Source: Alphaproteobacteria bacterium (lineage in GTDB: Bacteria > Pseudomonadota > Alphaproteobacteria > MPNO01). Taken from it: a DNA stretch of 64,000 nucleotides. Numbering within the stretch: the stretch's first letter is position 1; each line of letters opens with the position of its first letter. The stretch is from contig OZ219866.1 of NCBI GenBank assembly GCA_964291675.2, forward strand, positions 736,001-800,000, given 5' to 3'. A model generated the notes under the pieces. That model searched no databases and was not told the DNA's origin. It saw only the letters and a program-made list of their open reading frames with translations. This document shows, one piece after another, positions 40,732 through 51,163 of the stretch. The position numbers and the translations under genes are program-made.

Positions 40732-41801
40732 CCCCGCTCGGCCTCCGACTGCGCGACAGGATCGCGCGAAGCGGGCCGCTTCCGGTGGCCGAGTTCATGG
40801 CGGCGGCGAACGGCGATCCCGAGCACGGCTACTACGCCCGGCGCGACCCCCTCGGCGGCGCGGGCGATTTCATAACCGCGCCGGAGATCAGCCAGGTTTT
40901 CGGCGAGCTGATCGGCGCCTGGTGCGCCGTCGCCTGGCGCGGCATGGGCGCGCCCGGGCGGGTGCTGCTGGTCGAGCTCGGCCCCGGGCGGGGCACGCTG
41001 ATGGCCGATCTGCTGCGCGCCACGCGTCGCGTCGCGGGGTTCCGCGAGGCGCTCGACATCCGCCTCGTCGAGACCAGCCCGGCGCTTGCGCGGCTCCAGA
41101 AGGACGCTCTCGGCGGTGCCGCGGCGGCCTGGCACCATAGCCTCTCGGAGCTGCCGGAGGGTCCGCTGCTGCTCGTCGCCAACGAGTTTTTCGACGCCCT
41201 GCCGGTCGAGCAGTATGTCGCGCGGCGGGACGGCTGGCACCGCCGCGCCGTCGCCGCGGACGCCGAGGTGTTTCGCTTCGTCGACGGTCCCCGCGTCGAC
41301 GATCCGCCCACATGCGGCTTGCCGGCGGACGGCGAGATCCGCGAGACCAGCCCGCAATCCGTCGCCATCGTAAGCGAGATCGCCACCCGGCTCGCCGCGG
41401 GACGCGGGGCCGCGCTGATCGTCGACTACGGCTATGCCTCTCCCGCGACCGGAGAGACGCTGCAGGCGGTGGCGCGGCATCGCTACGCCGACCCGCTGGC
41501 CGCGCCCGGCGAGGCCGATCTGAGCGCGCATGTCGATTTCGCGGCTCTTGCCCGGGCGGCGCGGGCGGCGGGGGCGTGCTGCCACGGACCGGTGCCGCAG
41601 GGCGAATTTCTGGATCGTCTCGGCATCGGCGCGCGGATGGGCCGGCTGATCGCGGCGGCGGAACCGGGTCAGCGCGAGGCGATCCGCACCGCCTGCCGGC
41701 GGCTGACCGGTGAGCGGGCGATGGGCGGGCTGTTCAAGGCGCTCGCTCTGACCGATCCGCACTCGCCGGTGCCGGCCGGTTTCGAGGCAGCCGGGCGATG
41801 A
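40728..41801 (+). CDS. SAM-dependent methyltransferase, MidA/NDUFAF7 family
   Basis: GDFITAPEISQVFGE, ELGPGRGTL, ANEFFDALP, VDYG and ADLSAHVDF. Confidence 0.92.
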   Translation: MTPLGLRLRDRIARSGPLPVAEFMAAANGDPEHGYYARRDPLGGAGDFITAPEISQVFGELIGAWCAVAWRGMGAPGRVLLVELGPGRGTLMADLLRATRRVAGFREALDIRLVETSPALARLQKDALGGAAAAWHHSLSELPEGPLLLVANEFFDALPVEQYVARRDGWHRRAVAADAEVFRFVDGPRVDDPPTCGLPADGEIRETSPQSVAIVSEIATRLAAGRGAALIVDYGYASPATGETLQAVARHRYADPLAAPGEADLSAHVDFAALARAARAAGACCHGPVPQGEFLDRLGIGARMGRLIAAAEPGQREAIRTACRRLTGERAMGGLFKALALTDPHSPVPAGFEAAGR

Positions 41802-42571
41802 CGCCGCCGTTCGCGAAAGGGCAGGCGCTCGACGGGCTCGACGGTATCCGGCACGGTTTTTTCGGCCGCTCCGGCGGCGTGTCGGACGGGGTCTATGCGT
41901 CGCTCAATTGCGGCCCCGGCTCGGCCGACGACCCCGAAGCGGTGGCCGAGAACCGCGCCCGGGCGGCGGCGGCGCTCGGGCTGCCCGCCGAAGCGCTCTA
42001 CACCGCCCGCCAGGTGCACGGCACCGAGGCGATCGTCCTCGACGCCCCCGGCGCGCCGCGCCGCACGGGGGATGCGCTGGTCACCGCGACGCCGGGGGTC
42101 GCGCTCGGAATCCTCACCGCGGACTGCGCGCCGGTGCTGCTCGCCGATCCCGGGGCCCGTATCGTCGGCGCCGCGCATGCCGGCTGGCGCGGCGCGCTCG
42201 CAGGCGTGCTGGCCGCGGCGGTCGCGGCGATGGAGGCCAAGGGGGCCGCGCGCGGCCGCATCCTGGCCGCCGTCGGCCCCTGCATCGGCCAGCCCTCCTA
42301 CGAGGTCGGGCCGGAGTTCCGCGCGCGCTTCGAGGCCGAAGACCCGGCCAACGCGCGCTGGTTCGCCGAGCCGCGCCCCGGCGCTCGCCCGCATTTCGAC
42401 CTCGAAGGCTATGTCGCGGCGCGCCTGGAGGCGCTCGGGATCGCCGGCGTCAGCGTCGCCGGCATAGACACCTGCGCCGCGGAGGAAAGCTGTTTCAGCC
42501 ATCGTCGCGCCCGTCTGCGCGGGGAGGAGGGCTATGGGCGGGCGCTGTCCGCGATCGCCCTGGCGGGGTGA
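41798..42571 (+). CDS. pgeF: Peptidoglycan editing factor/purine nucleoside phosphorylase PgeF (YfiH)
   Basis: HGFFGRSGGVS, QVHG, TADCAPVL, HAGWRG and GPCI. Confidence 0.93.
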   Translation: MTPPFAKGQALDGLDGIRHGFFGRSGGVSDGVYASLNCGPGSADDPEAVAENRARAAAALGLPAEALYTARQVHGTEAIVLDAPGAPRRTGDALVTATPGVALGILTADCAPVLLADPGARIVGAAHAGWRGALAGVLAAAVAAMEAKGAARGRILAAVGPCIGQPSYEVGPEFRARFEAEDPANARWFAEPRPGARPHFDLEGYVAARLEALGIAGVSVAGIDTCAAEESCFSHRRARLRGEEGYGRALSAIALAG

Positions 42572-42577
42572 GGACGG

Positions 42578-42652
42578 GTGCCGCATCTGATCGTCTTCGT
42601 GCTGGTCTGCCTGCTGGGCCTGCTGGGCCTGCTGGCAACATGCGTGCTGTGA
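42578..42652 (+). CDS. Putative 24-aa single-pass membrane peptide MPHLIVFVLVCLLGLLGLLATCVL
   Basis: GAGGA SD, GTG start, host-like codons, GTGA overlap with the next gene; fills the pgeF-lipoprotein gap. Confidence 0.6.
   Translation: MPHLIVFVLVCLLGLLGLLATCVL
42609..42635 (+). repeat. Tandem 9-bp repeat (GCCTGCTGG)x3
   Basis: Three exact copies encoding the LLG repeats of the small peptide. Confidence 0.85.
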
Positions 42653-43533
42653 CGCGGGGCGCCGCCCTCGCGCTCGCGCTCGCCATCCTTGCCGCCTGCC
42701 AGCCGCTGCCGCGGCCCTTCGCGCCGACCGACCGGGGTGGAGCCGCGACCGCGGTCCCGGGCGAGGACGCCTGGGGCGTCGCCCTCCGCCCGGTCTCCGG
42801 CATGGCCCCCGGGCCGTCCGCCGACTTCACCGCATCCGTGGTCGCGGCGCTCGGCCGACGCGGCGTGCCGGCCGCGGTATCCGGCGGCCTCCCGCGCGGC
42901 GCGCTGCTCTACGGCGCGGCCGAGACGCGACCGCTCGGCGGCGAACGCCTCGGCATCGCCATCGCCTGGACGGCGTTCGCTCGCGACGGGCGCGGGCTCG
43001 GCCTCCATCGGGTCGTCGCCGAAGCGCCGCGGCACGACTGGGAGAGCGCCGCCGCGCCGTTGCTGGAGCGGCTCGCCGCGCAGTCGGCGGACGGGATCGT
43101 CGCCCTCTTGCGTCCCGCGGCGCCGGTCCCGCACCGAGCCGGCCCCGCGATCCGGGTGGTCTCCGTCGCCGCGCCCCCCGGCCTCGACGGGGAGATCCTG
43201 CGGCGCGCGACGGTCGATGCGATGCGCGCGGCCCGCATCGGCGGCTCCGCGAGCGACAAGCCAGGCCACCGCCTTGCCGCGGCGGTGTCGCTCGGCCCCG
43301 TCTGGCGCGGGCAGCGCCGTCTCCGGGTCGAGTGGCGGCTCGACGATGCCGCCGGCGGGCGGGTCGGCGCGATGGTTCAGGAGAACGGCGTGGCCGAGGA
43401 AACGCTCGCGGCGGACTGGCCGGCCCTGGCGCGGCTGATCGCCCGGGCGGCGGTCGACGAGCTCGGCGGGCTGCTGGCGCGGGCGGGCGGAAGCGCGGCG
43501 GCGCCGGTTGACGGGCCTACCCGGCGACCCTAG
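42649..43533 (+). CDS. Hypothetical lipoprotein
   Basis: MTRGAALALALAILAAC lipobox then QPLPRPF; alternative ATG at 42640. Confidence 0.75.
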   Translation: MTRGAALALALAILAACQPLPRPFAPTDRGGAATAVPGEDAWGVALRPVSGMAPGPSADFTASVVAALGRRGVPAAVSGGLPRGALLYGAAETRPLGGERLGIAIAWTAFARDGRGLGLHRVVAEAPRHDWESAAAPLLERLAAQSADGIVALLRPAAPVPHRAGPAIRVVSVAAPPGLDGEILRRATVDAMRAARIGGSASDKPGHRLAAAVSLGPVWRGQRRLRVEWRLDDAAGGRVGAMVQENGVAEETLAADWPALARLIARAAVDELGGLLARAGGSAAAPVDGPTRRP

Positions 43534-43536
43534 ATT
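43508..43536 (+). promoter_or_regulatory. Sigma70 promoter of the ffh-rpsP-rimM-trmD-rplS operon
   Basis: TTGACG-N17-TAGATT. Confidence 0.65.
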
Positions 43537-43566
43537 GCGCGCTCCCGGAGCCAGGGAGTGGAGCAA

Positions 43567-43629
43567 GCGCCCCAGGGTGTCCGCCAGTCCGCGCGATGCG
43601 CGCACTGGCGCGTAACGCGTTGGGGGCGA
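43567..43629 (+). ncRNA. Structured ffh 5' leader (cis-regulatory RNA)
   Basis: Nested stems CGCCCCA/TGGGGGCG, CGCCAGT/ACTGGCG and GCGCG/CGCGC ending at the GAGGA SD; a structured ffh leader is known in Alphaproteobacteria. Confidence 0.65.
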
Positions 43630-43640
43630 GGAATCCTGCG

Positions 43641-44990
43641 ATGTTCGACGGGCTGAGAACCAGGTTCGAGGACGTTTTCGACCGCCTCAAGCGGCGCGGC
43701 GCGCTGTCCGAGGGGGACGTTTCGGCCGCGATGCGGGAGATCCGCATCGCCCTCCTGGAGGCCGATGTGGCGCTCCCCGTCGTCAAGGAGTTCACCGACA
43801 CGGTGAGCGCCGAGGCGGTCGGCCAGGACGTGCTGCGCTCGATCAATCCCGGCCAGATGGTGGTCAAGGTGGTGAACGACCGCCTGGTCGAGATGCTCGG
43901 CGCAAGCTCCGAGGGCATCGACCTCGCCGCGGCCCCGCCGGTGGCGGTGATGCTGGTCGGGCTCCAGGGCTCGGGCAAGACGACCACGACGGCGAAGCTC
44001 GGCAAGCGGCTGGCGGGCCAGGACCGCAAGAAGGTGCTGATGGCCTCGCTCGACGTGCGCCGTCCCGCGGCGCAGGAGCAGCTCGCCGTGCTCGGCGCCC
44101 AGGCCGAAATCGCCACGCTGCCCGTCATCCCGCTGCAGACGCCGCGGATGATCGCCGACCGGGCGATGGAGACCGCGCGGAAGGAGGGCTACGACGTGGT
44201 CCTGCTGGACACCGCCGGCAGGCTCGCCATCGACGATGCGCTGATGGACGAGGCGGCGACGATCGCCGATGCCGCTTCGCCCAGGGAAACCCTGCTGGTC
44301 GCCGATGCGATGACCGGCCAGGACGCGGTGGCCACGGCGAGCGCCTTCCACCGGCGCCTCGGCCTCACCGGCATCGTATTGACCCGGGTCGACGGCGATG
44401 CGCGCGGCGGCGCGGCGCTCTCGATGCGGGCGGTGACCGGCTGCCCCATCAAGCTGCTCGGCACCGGCGAGGGGCTCGATGCGCTGGAGCCGTTCCACCC
44501 CGACCGCATCGCGTCGCGCATCCTCGGCATGGGCGACGTCGTCAGCCTGGTCGAGAAGGCGCAGGAGACCATCGCCGAGGAAGAGGCCGAGAAGCTCGCC
44601 CGCAAGATGCAGAAGGGGCGGTTCGACTTCGACGACCTGGCCAAGCAGCTGCGCCAGATCCGCACCATGGGCGGGCTCGGCGGCATCGCCCAGCTCCTGC
44701 CCGGTGTCGGCAAGATGCAGAAGCAGCTCGCCAACGCCAATGTGGACGAGGCGGTCCTGGTGCGCCAGGAGGCGATCATCTGCTCGATGACGCCGACCGA
44801 GCGGCGCCGGCCCGAGATCATCAAGGCCTCGCGCAAGCGGCGCATCGCCGCCGGTTCCGGCGTCACCGTCCAGGACGTCAACCGGCTGATGAAGCAGTTT
44901 CAGGAAATGAACCGCATGATGAAGAAGATGAACCGGCTCGGCCGGAAGGGGCTGATGCGCGGCGGGATGCCGCCGATGATGCCTGGATAG
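43641..44990 (+). CDS. ffh: Signal recognition particle protein Ffh
   Basis: GLQGSGKTTT, DTAGRL, DGDARGGAALS and M-domain SRKRRIAAGSG. Confidence 0.97.
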   Translation: MFDGLRTRFEDVFDRLKRRGALSEGDVSAAMREIRIALLEADVALPVVKEFTDTVSAEAVGQDVLRSINPGQMVVKVVNDRLVEMLGASSEGIDLAAAPPVAVMLVGLQGSGKTTTTAKLGKRLAGQDRKKVLMASLDVRRPAAQEQLAVLGAQAEIATLPVIPLQTPRMIADRAMETARKEGYDVVLLDTAGRLAIDDALMDEAATIADAASPRETLLVADAMTGQDAVATASAFHRRLGLTGIVLTRVDGDARGGAALSMRAVTGCPIKLLGTGEGLDALEPFHPDRIASRILGMGDVVSLVEKAQETIAEEEAEKLARKMQKGRFDFDDLAKQLRQIRTMGGLGGIAQLLPGVGKMQKQLANANVDEAVLVRQEAIICSMTPTERRRPEIIKASRKRRIAAGSGVTVQDVNRLMKQFQEMNRMMKKMNRLGRKGLMRGGMPPMMPG

Positions 44991-45008
44991 GCCCGGGAAA
45001 GGAGAAAC

Positions 45009-45356
45009 ATGGCCCTCAAGATCAGACTCGCGCGCGGCGGCGCCAAGAAGCGCCCGTTCTACCGCATCGTGGTCGCCGACTCGCGCAGCCCGCGCGACGG
45101 CCGCTTCATCGAGCGGCTCGGCACCTACAACCCGATCCTCGCCAGCGACCACCCGGACCGCGTGGTGCTCAAGGAGGATCGCATCCGCCACTGGCTCGAC
45201 CGCGGCGCCAAGCCGAGCGACCGGGTGGCGAAGTTCCTCGGCCGGGCCGAGATCGTCCCGATGCCCGCGCCGCGCGACAACCCGATCAAGAGCCGCCCCA
45301 AGAAGAAGGCGCAGGAGCGGTTGAAGGCGGCGGAGGAAGCGGCGGCGGAGAGCTGA
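45009..45356 (+). CDS. rpsP: 30S ribosomal protein S16
   Basis: [28 protein letters not shown]. Confidence 0.98.
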   Translation: MALKIRLARGGAKKRPFYRIVVADSRSPRDGRFIERLGTYNPILASDHPDRVVLKEDRIRHWLDRGAKPSDRVAKFLGRAEIVPMPAPRDNPIKSRPKKKAQERLKAAEEAAAES

Positions 45357-45447
45357 GACGGCTGCGCGACGCCGCGAGCCCGCCGGGCGCGGCCGCGCCG
45401 CCAAGGTCTCGACGCTTGCCGTCGAGGGCGCGGCCCGGACCGGGCGG

Positions 45448-45975
45448 GTGTGCGTCGGCGCCGTCGCCGGGGCGCATGGCGTGCGCGGCGAGGTGCGGGT
45501 CCGCAGCTTCACCGAACGGCCGGAGGACATCGCGGCCTACGGGCCGCTGGAGGACGAGGCGGGCGGCCGGGTCTTCGTGCTTGCCCTGACCGGGCGGGCG
45601 CGCGGCCTGCTGACCGGATCGATCGAGGGCATCTCCGGGCGCGAGGCGGCCGAGGCGCTGCGCGGCACAAGGCTCTATGTCGACCGGGACCGGCTGCCGG
45701 CGCCGGCCGACGAGGACGAGTTCTACCACGCCGACCTGCTGGGACTGGCGGCGGTGGACGGCGACGGAAAGCTGCGCGGCCGGGTGGCGGCGATCCTGTC
45801 GGCGGGCGATGCGGCGGTGCTGGAGATCGATCCCGGCGGCGGGGACACGCTGCTGGTGCCGTTCACCCGGGAGCACGTGCCAGAGATCGACGTCGCGGCG
45901 GGGCGCATCGCGATCGACCCGCCCGAAGAGCCCGGCGAGACGGTGCGGGAAGACGAGGACGATGGGCGCCGGTGA
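45448..45975 (+). CDS. rimM: Ribosome maturation factor RimM (start uncertain)
   Basis: [25 protein letters not shown] and LVPFT. Confidence 0.93.
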   Translation: MCVGAVAGAHGVRGEVRVRSFTERPEDIAAYGPLEDEAGGRVFVLALTGRARGLLTGSIEGISGREAAEALRGTRLYVDRDRLPAPADEDEFYHADLLGLAAVDGDGKLRGRVAAILSAGDAAVLEIDPGGGDTLLVPFTREHVPEIDVAAGRIAIDPPEEPGETVREDEDDGRR

Positions 45976-46696
45976 CAAGACGCCGTTCGCGGTCCGCGTG
46001 CTCACCATCTTTCCCGCGATGTTCCCGGGTCCGCTCGGCCATTCGCTCGCCGGCCGGGCGCTGGAGGACGGAATCTGGGGTCTGGAAACAGTGGACATTC
46101 GGGACTTCGCGCGCGATAAACACCGCTCCGTCGACGACACCCCCTTTGGCGGGGGCGCGGGGATGGTGATGCGGCCGGACGTCGTGGGGGACGCGCTCGC
46201 GGCGGTCGCCCGGTCCGGTACGCCGCTGATCTATCTCAGCCCGCGCGGACGGCTGCTCGATCAGGCGCGGGTTCGCGCTCTGGCCTCCGGGCCCGGGATG
46301 AACCTGCTCTGCGGCCGTTTCGAGGGCGTCGACGAACGGGTGCTCGAGGCGTACGAAGTCGAGGAGCTCAGCCTCGGCGATTTCGTGCTGTCGGGGGGCG
46401 AGCCGGCGGCGATCGCGCTGATCGACGCCTGCGTGCGGCTGTTGCCGGGCGTCGTCGGGCAGTCGGAGTCGCTGGCCGAGGAGAGCTTCGCCGGCGGGCT
46501 GCTGGAGTACCCGCACTACACGCGCCCGCGCGAATGGCGGGGCCGCGCGGTGCCCGAGGCGTTGTCGAGCGGGCATCACGAGCGGATCCGCGAATGGCGC
46601 ATGGCCGCCGCGGAACGCGCGACACGGGAGCGCCGGCCGGATCTGTGGCGGCGCTACCGGCAGAGGACGGAAGGGTTGGACGATGAACGTGATTGA
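45962..46696 (+). CDS. trmD: tRNA (guanine37-N1)-methyltransferase
   Basis: [33 protein letters not shown] and EYPHYTRP. Confidence 0.97.
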   Translation: MGAGDKTPFAVRVLTIFPAMFPGPLGHSLAGRALEDGIWGLETVDIRDFARDKHRSVDDTPFGGGAGMVMRPDVVGDALAAVARSGTPLIYLSPRGRLLDQARVRALASGPGMNLLCGRFEGVDERVLEAYEVEELSLGDFVLSGGEPAAIALIDACVRLLPGVVGQSESLAEESFAGGLLEYPHYTRPREWRGRAVPEALSSGHHERIREWRMAAAERATRERRPDLWRRYRQRTEGLDDERD

Positions 46697-47120
46697 GCAG
46701 ATCGAAGCCGAGCAGATCGCCAGGCTCACCTCGGAACGGCCGATACCGGCATTCGCCCCGGGCGACACGGTGCGCGTCCACTTCAAGGTCGTCGAAGGCT
46801 CGCGCGAGCGAATCCAGGTCTATGAGGGGGTGGTGATCGCGCGCACCTCCAGCGGGGTGAGCTCCGCCTTCACGGTGCGCAAGATCTCCTACGGCGAAGG
46901 CGTCGAACGCGTGTTCCCGCTCTATTCGCCGCGCATCGACCGGATCGAGGTGGTGCGTCGCGGCAAGGTACGGCGCGCCAAGCTCTATTACCTGCGCAGC
47001 CGGCGCGGCAAGCGCGCGCGGATCGCCGAGAAGGTGGACCGCAGGCCGGACGCGGCGGATACGCCGCGCGAGGCCGGGGCGGCAGCAGCGGCCGAACCGG
47101 CGGCAACCGACGGAGAATAG
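46683..47120 (+). CDS. rplS: 50S ribosomal protein L19
   Basis: [24 protein letters not shown] and [10 protein letters not shown]. Confidence 0.98.
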   Translation: MNVIEQIEAEQIARLTSERPIPAFAPGDTVRVHFKVVEGSRERIQVYEGVVIARTSSGVSSAFTVRKISYGEGVERVFPLYSPRIDRIEVVRRGKVRRAKLYYLRSRRGKRARIAEKVDRRPDAADTPREAGAAAAAEPAATDGE

Positions 47121-47175
47121 ACCGGCTCCGCGGCCCCGCCCGGCCGCGCCCCGGCCAAATCGAGGAGGGCGCTCG

Positions 47176-48582
47176 ATGGCGCAACCGAAGACCCTGTTCG
47201 ACAAGATCTGGGACAGCCACGTGGTCGACGTGCAGGAGGACGGCACCTGCCTGCTCTATATCGACCGGCAGATCATCCACGAGATCACCAGCGCCCAGGC
47301 CTTCGAAGGGCTGCGCGCGGCCGGACGCACGGTGCGCCGGCCGGAGGCCCAGCTCCTGGTCCCCGACCACAACGTGCCGACCACGGACCGCTCGCTCCCC
47401 ATCGAGAACGAGGAGTCGCGCATCCAGATCGAGCTTCTCAAGGAGAACGCCGAGGCCTTCGGCCTGCCCTATATCGAGCTCGACGACATCCGCCAGGGCA
47501 TCGTCCACGTGATCGGCCCCGAGCAGGGCTTCACCCTGCCCGGGCTGACCATGGCGTGCGGCGATTCGCACACCTCGACGCATGGCGCCTTCGGCTGCCT
47601 CGCCTTCGGCATCGGCACCTCCGAGGTCGAGCACGTGCTGGCCACCCAGTCGCTGATCCAGCGCCCGGCGCAGAACATGCGCGTCACCGTCGACGGGGCG
47701 CTGCCGCCGGGCGTGGTGGCGAAGGACCTCGCGCTCGCCATCATCGGCGCGATCGGCACCGCCGGCGGCACCGGCTGCGTCATCGAGTATGCCGGCAAGG
47801 CGGTCGAGGAGCTGTCGATGGAAGGGCGCATGACGCTCTGCAACATGACCATCGAGGGCGGCGCGCGGGCCGGTCTCGTCGCCCCCGACCGGACCACGTT
47901 CGACTACGTCAGGGGCCGCCCGATGGCGCCCAAGGGCGCCGCATGGGAGCAGGCCGAGGCCTTTTGGCGGACGCTGCCCTCCGATCTCGGCGCCGAGTAC
48001 GACAAGGAGGTCGCCATCCCGGTCGACAGCATCGAGCCGCAGGTGACCTGGGGGACCAGCCCGGAGATGGTGCTGCCGATATCGGGCTCGGTGCCCGACC
48101 CGTCCGGCGAGGAGGACGGCAACCGCAAGCGCTCGCTGGAGCGCGCGATCGACTATATGGGGCTGTCCGCCGGCCAGGCGCTGACCGACATCCGGGTCGA
48201 CAGGGTGTTCATCGGCTCCTGCACCAATTCGCGCATCGAGGATCTCCGCGCCGCCGCCGCCGTGGCCGAGGGGCGCAGCGTCGCCGACGGCGTTCACGCG
48301 ATGGTGGTGCCGGGCTCCGGTCTGGTGAAGCACCAGGCCGAGGAGGAGGGGCTCGACCGGGTGTTCAAGGAGGCCGGGTTCGACTGGCGCGAGCCCGGGT
48401 GCTCGATGTGCATCGCGATGAACGGCGACATGCTGGCGCCGGGCGAGCGCTCGGCGTCTACGTCGAACCGCAATTTCGAGGGCCGCCAGGGGCCCGGCGG
48501 GCGCACCCATCTGATGAGCCCCGCGATGGCCGCCGCGGCCGCGGTCAACGGCCATCTGAGCGACCACCGGGACCTGATCTAG
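47176..48582 (+). CDS. leuC: 3-isopropylmalate dehydratase large subunit
   Basis: [31 protein letters not shown] and [12 protein letters not shown]. Confidence 0.97.
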   Translation: MAQPKTLFDKIWDSHVVDVQEDGTCLLYIDRQIIHEITSAQAFEGLRAAGRTVRRPEAQLLVPDHNVPTTDRSLPIENEESRIQIELLKENAEAFGLPYIELDDIRQGIVHVIGPEQGFTLPGLTMACGDSHTSTHGAFGCLAFGIGTSEVEHVLATQSLIQRPAQNMRVTVDGALPPGVVAKDLALAIIGAIGTAGGTGCVIEYAGKAVEELSMEGRMTLCNMTIEGGARAGLVAPDRTTFDYVRGRPMAPKGAAWEQAEAFWRTLPSDLGAEYDKEVAIPVDSIEPQVTWGTSPEMVLPISGSVPDPSGEEDGNRKRSLERAIDYMGLSAGQALTDIRVDRVFIGSCTNSRIEDLRAAAAVAEGRSVADGVHAMVVPGSGLVKHQAEEEGLDRVFKEAGFDWREPGCSMCIAMNGDMLAPGERSASTSNRNFEGRQGPGGRTHLMSPAMAAAAAVNGHLSDHRDLI

Positions 48583-48595
48583 GGAGCGCTTAGCG

Positions 48596-49201
48596 ATGGA
48601 GAAGTTCACCACCCTCGAGGGCATCGCCGCCCCCTTCCCGATGGTCAACGTGGACACCGACCGGATCATCCCGGCGCGGTTCCTCAAGACCATCAAGAAG
48701 ACCGGGCTCGGCAAGAACCTGTTCAACGAGCTGCGCTACGACGCGGACGGCTCGGAGAAGCCCGACTTCGTGCTCAACAAGCCGGCCTACCGCGAGGCCA
48801 GGATCCTGGTCGCCGGGGACAATTTCGGCTGCGGCTCGTCGCGCGAGCATGCGCCCTGGGCGCTGGTCGATTTCGGCATACGCTGCGTCATCGCGCCGAG
48901 CTTCGCCGACATCTTCAACAACAACGCCTCGAAGAACGGCATGCTGCTGATCGCGCTGCCGCAGGAGACGGTCGACAAGCTGATGGAGGACGCGGACAAG
49001 GGCGGCAACGCGCGCCTCTCGGTCGATCTGGAGAAGCAGCGGATCGTCCGCCCGGACGGCGAGACCATCGATTTCGACATCGACCCGTTCAAGAAGCACT
49101 GCCTGCTCAACGGGCTCGACGACATCGCGCTGACCCTGCAGAAGGACGACAAGATCAGCGCCTTCGAAGGCGCGCGCAAAGCCGCCCAGCCCTGGGCCTG
49201 A
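48596..49201 (+). CDS. leuD: 3-isopropylmalate dehydratase small subunit
   Basis: NVDTDRIIP and [15 protein letters not shown]. Confidence 0.97.
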   Translation: MEKFTTLEGIAAPFPMVNVDTDRIIPARFLKTIKKTGLGKNLFNELRYDADGSEKPDFVLNKPAYREARILVAGDNFGCGSSREHAPWALVDFGIRCVIAPSFADIFNNNASKNGMLLIALPQETVDKLMEDADKGGNARLSVDLEKQRIVRPDGETIDFDIDPFKKHCLLNGLDDIALTLQKDDKISAFEGARKAAQPWA

Positions 49202-49208
49202 CGCCGCG

Positions 49209-50321
49209 ATGGCCGCCAACAAGAAGCTGCTGATCCTGGCCGGGGACGGCATCGGCCCCGAGGTGATGGGCGAGGTGCGCCGGGTCATCGACTGGATGGA
49301 CCGGCGCCGCCATGTGAGCTTCGACGTTGCCGAGGCGCTGGTGGGCGGCGCGGCGATCGACGAAGAGGGCGGGCCGATCTCGGACGCCACGATGGACGCG
49401 GCGATGGGCGCCGATGCGGTGCTGCTGGGCGCCTGCGGCGGCCCCAGATGGGCCGATGTCGCCTTCGAGATCCGCCCCGAGGCGGGGCTCTTGCGCCTGC
49501 GCAAGGACCTGGAGCTGTTCGCCAATCTGCGCCCGGCGCTGGTCTTCGACGCGCTGGCCGAGGCGTCGACGCTGAAGACCGAGCTGGTCGCGGGGCTCGA
49601 CATCCTGATCGTCCGCGAGCTCACTGGCGGGGTCTATTTCGGCGAGCCGCGCGGCATCGAGACCCTGGCGGGCGGCGAGCGCCGGGGCGTCAACACGCAG
49701 GTCTACACCACCTCCGAGATCGTCCGCGTCGCCCGCGTCGCCTTCGACCTCGCGCGCAAGCGCGGCAACCGGGTGTGCTCGGTCGAGAAGGCGAACGTGA
49801 TGGAGAGCGGCCTGCTGTGGCGCGAGGAGGTCACCCGGCTGCACCGGGGCGAATACGCCGATGTCGAGCTGTCGCACATGCTGGCCGACAATTGCGGCAT
49901 GCAGCTGGTGCGCGCGCCCAAGCAGTTCGACGTGATCGTCACCGACAATCTGTTCGGCGACATGCTGTCGGATGTCGCATCGATGCTCACCGGCTCGCTC
50001 GGCATGCTGCCCTCGGCCTCGCTGGGACCTGCGGATTCTTCGGGGCGGCGGCGGGCGCTGTATGAGCCGATCCACGGCTCGGCGCCCGACATCGCCGGCG
50101 AGAACAAGGCCAACCCGCTCGCCACCCTACTCAGCTTCGCGATGATGCTGCGCTACTCCTTCGACATGGAGGAGGACGCGCTGCTGGTCGAGCGGGCGGT
50201 CGAGCGGGCGCTCGCCCGGGGGCTGCGCACCGGCGACATCATGCAGCCCGGCATGACCGCGGTCTCCACCGCCGGGATGGGCGAGGCGGTCACCGAGGCG
50301 CTGGACGCGATGGCGGCTTAG
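49209..50321 (+). CDS. leuB: 3-isopropylmalate dehydrogenase
   Basis: [17 protein letters not shown] and [13 protein letters not shown]. Confidence 0.97.
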   Translation: MAANKKLLILAGDGIGPEVMGEVRRVIDWMDRRRHVSFDVAEALVGGAAIDEEGGPISDATMDAAMGADAVLLGACGGPRWADVAFEIRPEAGLLRLRKDLELFANLRPALVFDALAEASTLKTELVAGLDILIVRELTGGVYFGEPRGIETLAGGERRGVNTQVYTTSEIVRVARVAFDLARKRGNRVCSVEKANVMESGLLWREEVTRLHRGEYADVELSHMLADNCGMQLVRAPKQFDVIVTDNLFGDMLSDVASMLTGSLGMLPSASLGPADSSGRRRALYEPIHGSAPDIAGENKANPLATLLSFAMMLRYSFDMEEDALLVERAVERALARGLRTGDIMQPGMTAVSTAGMGEAVTEALDAMAA

Positions 50322-50401
50322 GCCCTTCCGACGCGCCGGAGTCGCCATGGCGCAGACAGGAACGATGCCGTCCGTCTTTCGTTCCTTCGGCGAAAGTCCG
50401 G

Positions 50402-51163
50402 CTAATGACCGCCGCGTACGAATCCGTGGGGATCAATATTCGTATAGCAGTTGAATTTCCGTATTCCTGCCTCAGAGCGGACATGGAATTCTCCATTCTT
50501 GGAATGCCTCACGTCAAAATGAAAACCGTCGGGAAGTCGAAAGGTGAATTTGCGGCGGCGCCATTCTGGAAGACCATGCGAGCCATGGTGAGCGCCGTGA
50601 CAAAAGATCAGTTCCAGGCGGTCGTGCCAACAGCCGCGGCTTCTATGCCGGTCACGGAAACGCCTTATGGTCTGCTCGACCGCATGGAGGTCGTCCCTTT
50701 CCCGGTTGACGTTGCGTGCCCGGGACCAAGCGTCCTTTACCGATGGCTCGGCTTCGAAAACGGTTTCCGGCAGGAGCAGCGGGGACCCGATCCCGGGCCG
50801 TACCCTGGCGCGCCATTCTTCCTCGAATTCCATGCACGCGTTGAAGGCTTCGAAAAACACTTCTTGGCCGAATTTGCGTGACAACTCGCGCGGCAGCCAT
50901 GTCGCGCGGTAACACCGGCGAGCCAATTCTCCGAAATTGGGACGCTCGCTTTCGCGATCGTGGGCGAGAAGAAGATGCACGCCCGCGTCGGGGGCGCAAT
51001 CGGCCTCCTTCATGACTCGAGACCATATGCCCGAGAGATCTGCGCGTCCGTGATCGCGACTCGGTATTGATTTGATCGTCCATCCCGCGCGGGCGGGGCG
51101 ACTTTTCGCGCGCCGATGGGTCCCAAGTGGGATGCCGGCGACGATCACGTGCGGATCGGTCAT
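50402..51163 (-). CDS. Hypothetical protein (His-rich C-terminus), second gene of low-GC cassette
   Basis: ATG after AAAGGGGG overlaps upstream stop (ATGA); 253 aa open frame in atypical-codon DNA. Confidence 0.65.
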   Translation of the reverse strand: MTDPHVIVAGIPLGTHRRAKSRPARAGWTIKSIPSRDHGRADLSGIWSRVMKEADCAPDAGVHLLLAHDRESERPNFGELARRCYRATWLPRELSRKFGQEVFFEAFNACMEFEEEWRARVRPGIGSPLLLPETVFEAEPSVKDAWSRARNVNRERDDLHAVEQTIRRFRDRHRSRGCWHDRLELIFCHGAHHGSHGLPEWRRRKFTFRLPDGFHFDVRHSKNGEFHVRSEAGIRKFNCYTNIDPHGFVRGGH

